NCBI GenBank assembly: GCA_965223905.1
Contig: CBDCXV010000001.1
Span: 480,001 to 544,000, forward strand
Direction: 5' to 3'
DNA length: 64,000 nucleotides
From: Candidatus Latescibacterota bacterium
GTDB lineage: Bacteria; Latescibacterota; UBA2968; UBA8231
Positions 61,924 through 64,000 of this stretch are shown piece by piece (the first letter of the stretch is position 1; every line of letters begins with the position of its first letter). Both the position numbers and the translations under genes were made by a program. The notes beneath the pieces are model-generated. The model made no database searches, was not told the DNA's origin, and was given only the letters and a program-made list of their open reading frames with translations.

Positions 61924-62895
61924 CTAGTTCGCGAAATAGGGGGCGATCGCCTGTTCGATGCGGTCCCTGATCGGCGCGGAACTGGTCTCGGCCGCGAAGG
62001 GCTGGCCTGTAACGCGCTCGAACAGATCGATGTAGCGCTCGGCGACCTGCACCCTGATGTCGTTGTCCAGTTCGGGAATGTTGTCGTCGGAGATACCCTT
62101 TTCCTTGAGCCACAGCCGCAGAAACTCCTTGTCGAGGCTTTCAGGCTCCTCGCCGCGCCGGTGTCGCTCGGGGTAGGTTTCGGCGATCCAGTAACGCGAG
62201 GAATCGGGAGTGTGGATTTCGTCGGCCACCGCGATTTTTCCACTGGAATTGATCCCAAGCTCGTATTTGGTGTCGACGAGAATCAGGCCCTGCTCCGCAG
62301 CCAGCTCGGAGCCGCGGGCGAAGAGGGCGAGGGCGATGCGTTCGATCTCCTGCCAGGTGTCGGCCTCGACGAGACCGCGTTTGACGATCTGCTCGGGTGA
62401 GATCGACTCGTCGTGATCCTCGGACTTTGTTGTCGGAGTGATGATAGGCGCTTCGAAAGGCTGGTTTTTCACCATCCCGTCGGGAAGACGCAACCCGCAA
62501 AAGTTTCGGACCCTTCTGTTGTAGTGCGTCCAGACCGAGGTTTCCGTGCTGCCCGTAAGGTAGGCTCGCACCACCACCTCCACCGGAATCATCGCCAACT
62601 CTTCGGCGACGGTGACGTTGTCGTCGGGAACGTCGATCACCTGATTCGGCGCGATGTCGCCGGTCCGGTCGAACCAGTGCTTGGCAATGCGATTCAGCAC
62701 CTGCCCCTTCAGCGGAATGGTGCCCAGAACGCGATCGAATGCGCTCTGGCGATCGGTGGTGATCAGAATGCGCTTGTCCTCCAGGAGGTACATGTCGCGG
62801 ACCTTGCCCTGCTTGTAACAGAACTCCCAGCGTTCGAAGCGGGCGTCAAGGAGGCAGTTGTCGAGCAGATCGTACAGTTTTTTGCGGGGGATCAT
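61924..62895 (-). CDS. purC: SAICAR synthetase
   Basis: GKVRD, TDRQSAFD, KGQVLN, LVDTKYE, DEIHTPDSSR, DKEFLR. Confidence 0.96.
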   Translation of the reverse strand: MIPRKKLYDLLDNCLLDARFERWEFCYKQGKVRDMYLLEDKRILITTDRQSAFDRVLGTIPLKGQVLNRIAKHWFDRTGDIAPNQVIDVPDDNVTVAEELAMIPVEVVVRAYLTGSTETSVWTHYNRRVRNFCGLRLPDGMVKNQPFEAPIITPTTKSEDHDESISPEQIVKRGLVEADTWQEIERIALALFARGSELAAEQGLILVDTKYELGINSSGKIAVADEIHTPDSSRYWIAETYPERHRRGEEPESLDKEFLRLWLKEKGISDDNIPELDNDIRVQVAERYIDLFERVTGQPFAAETSSAPIRDRIEQAIAPYFAN

Positions 62896-63215
62896 CGGTG
62901 CGAGCTCCGCCCGGGAAGGGTCGGAATCAAGGTTGACGGCAGGGAAGGAGCGGGGAACGGCTACCCTTGGGGGGTGCCGCCCCCAAGGCAGATGAAAGGT
63001 ACGGCTACCATAAACGGCGTCAAACCTGCTCGGGCGACTTGCCCGGCCTGCTCGGCATCTTGATTTTAGTCCCGATCACGCGTAAGTTACGCCCAAAATT
63101 TGCTGACAAAACGGGAGTTCGACTTCTGTTTGAACCCCCAGTTGGAGAATGCGCGCGGCTGCGCGCGTGTTTCGCCTCATTTGTTTGAATAAATACCTCA
63201 ACCGGGAGGTTTACG

Positions 63216-63704
63216 ATGTTTCGGGGGCTAGCGGCATGCGCATTGGTTCTGGGTCTTTGGGGATGCAGTGACGAGGCTCAAATCGCGGAGCTGACGACAT
63301 ACGTCAAGGCGATCCAGAAGTTCCACCCATACAACGAGAAGGTTCAGTACTATCTCTCCAACCTTGACGACCCGGCCTTCGACCTCAACGAGCAGCACGT
63401 CATAGATGCCCGCCAACTGCTCGAGGACTATGCGGCCGTAGTGAACAGCGTGGAGGATCCCGACGATAACACTCTGCGCCACTCGCACGGTCTGTACAAA
63501 CGTTCGTTCAACGACGCGCGGCGGCTGGCGCAGGATCGCACCGGCGACCTCAGGAGGCAGGCTCATTCGGTCGCCATTGGTTTCCGAAACTTGCGGCGCG
63601 ACATCGCCGACCGCTTCTACCCGTCGATCGAAGTGCTGCTGGCGCGCAAGGGTCTGGATCTCGAGACCGAATATTCCTTGGTCTGGCCGTTCCCGGAGAA
63701 ATAG
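63216..63704 (+). CDS. Hypothetical helical lipoprotein
   Basis: GGAGG RBS; lipobox LWGC. Confidence 0.7.
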   Translation: MFRGLAACALVLGLWGCSDEAQIAELTTYVKAIQKFHPYNEKVQYYLSNLDDPAFDLNEQHVIDARQLLEDYAAVVNSVEDPDDNTLRHSHGLYKRSFNDARRLAQDRTGDLRRQAHSVAIGFRNLRRDIADRFYPSIEVLLARKGLDLETEYSLVWPFPEK

Positions 63705-63814
63705 AATCGGAGGACGCTGACTGAGCCGCTCAAGCGGCCTCGTAGCAGCGGCAAACAGAATCGGGGCGGTTACTCTACTCGGGCCTTCGTTCCCAGCGAT
63801 CAGATCGGGATCGC

Positions 63815-64000
63815 TCAGGAACGGAGGCCTTTTTGCATAATCCACGGCTGCAGCGCCGATAGAATGCCCGTGTACAGGAATCCGGTCTGAAACAGCAGCA
63901 GGAAGGGAATCCCGAAGTACAGGCCGACGGACCACGCCTCCTGAAGGATGGTCGCGAAGTAGAGGGCCATCGATATTTCGAGGCCTGCCAGAAACGTCTT
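63815..64000 (-). CDS. C-terminal fragment of a membrane protein, probably a cellulose-synthase-like GT2
   Basis: Manual translation ..LEISMALYF..GIPFLLLFQTGFLYTG..RS* gives two TM helices resembling GT2 C-termini. Confidence 0.5.
   Translation of the reverse strand, partial: KTFLAGLEISMALYFATILQEAWSVGLYFGIPFLLLFQTGFLYTGILSALQPWIMQKGLRS

Overview
High-GC bacterial chromosomal window of about 60 genes, mostly housekeeping and metabolic. The PorV-like barrels, FlgD-type C-terminus, C-terminal TWGRIK tag, NTP_transf_4 GlmU-like gene and several PhyH dioxygenases suggest an FCB-superphylum organism, probably Latescibacterota-like; this is an inference. Core genes include glmS, a pepF-like gene, ltaE, comM/yifB, an orphan groL with a CIRCE operator, lipB, icd, moaC, argF, nrnA, two PPIases, mfd, tRNA-Ala(GGC), fmt, yajC, tgt and purC. 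No integrase, transposase, CRISPR array or rRNA was seen. The main observations are: (1) an endonuclease Q-UvrD helicase fusion ending in a canonical beta-clamp motif, QLSLF; (2) a 1.4-kb intergenic region with a consensus sigma-54 promoter, a palindromic upstream site, an internal terminator and two small membrane-peptide ORFs with strong ribosome binding sites; (3) a translationally coupled operon with two PorV-like barrels, a propeller-FlgD protein, a site-2 protease and twin lipoproteins, near a TWGRIK-tagged exported protein; (4) a catalytically degenerate M23 protein coupled to a bactofilin; (5) a lower-GC ECF sigma/anti-sigma cassette with a likely autoregulatory promoter. Two genes are broken at homopolymer runs, which is probably sequencing error. 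All assignments come from motif recognition by eye, not from database searches.
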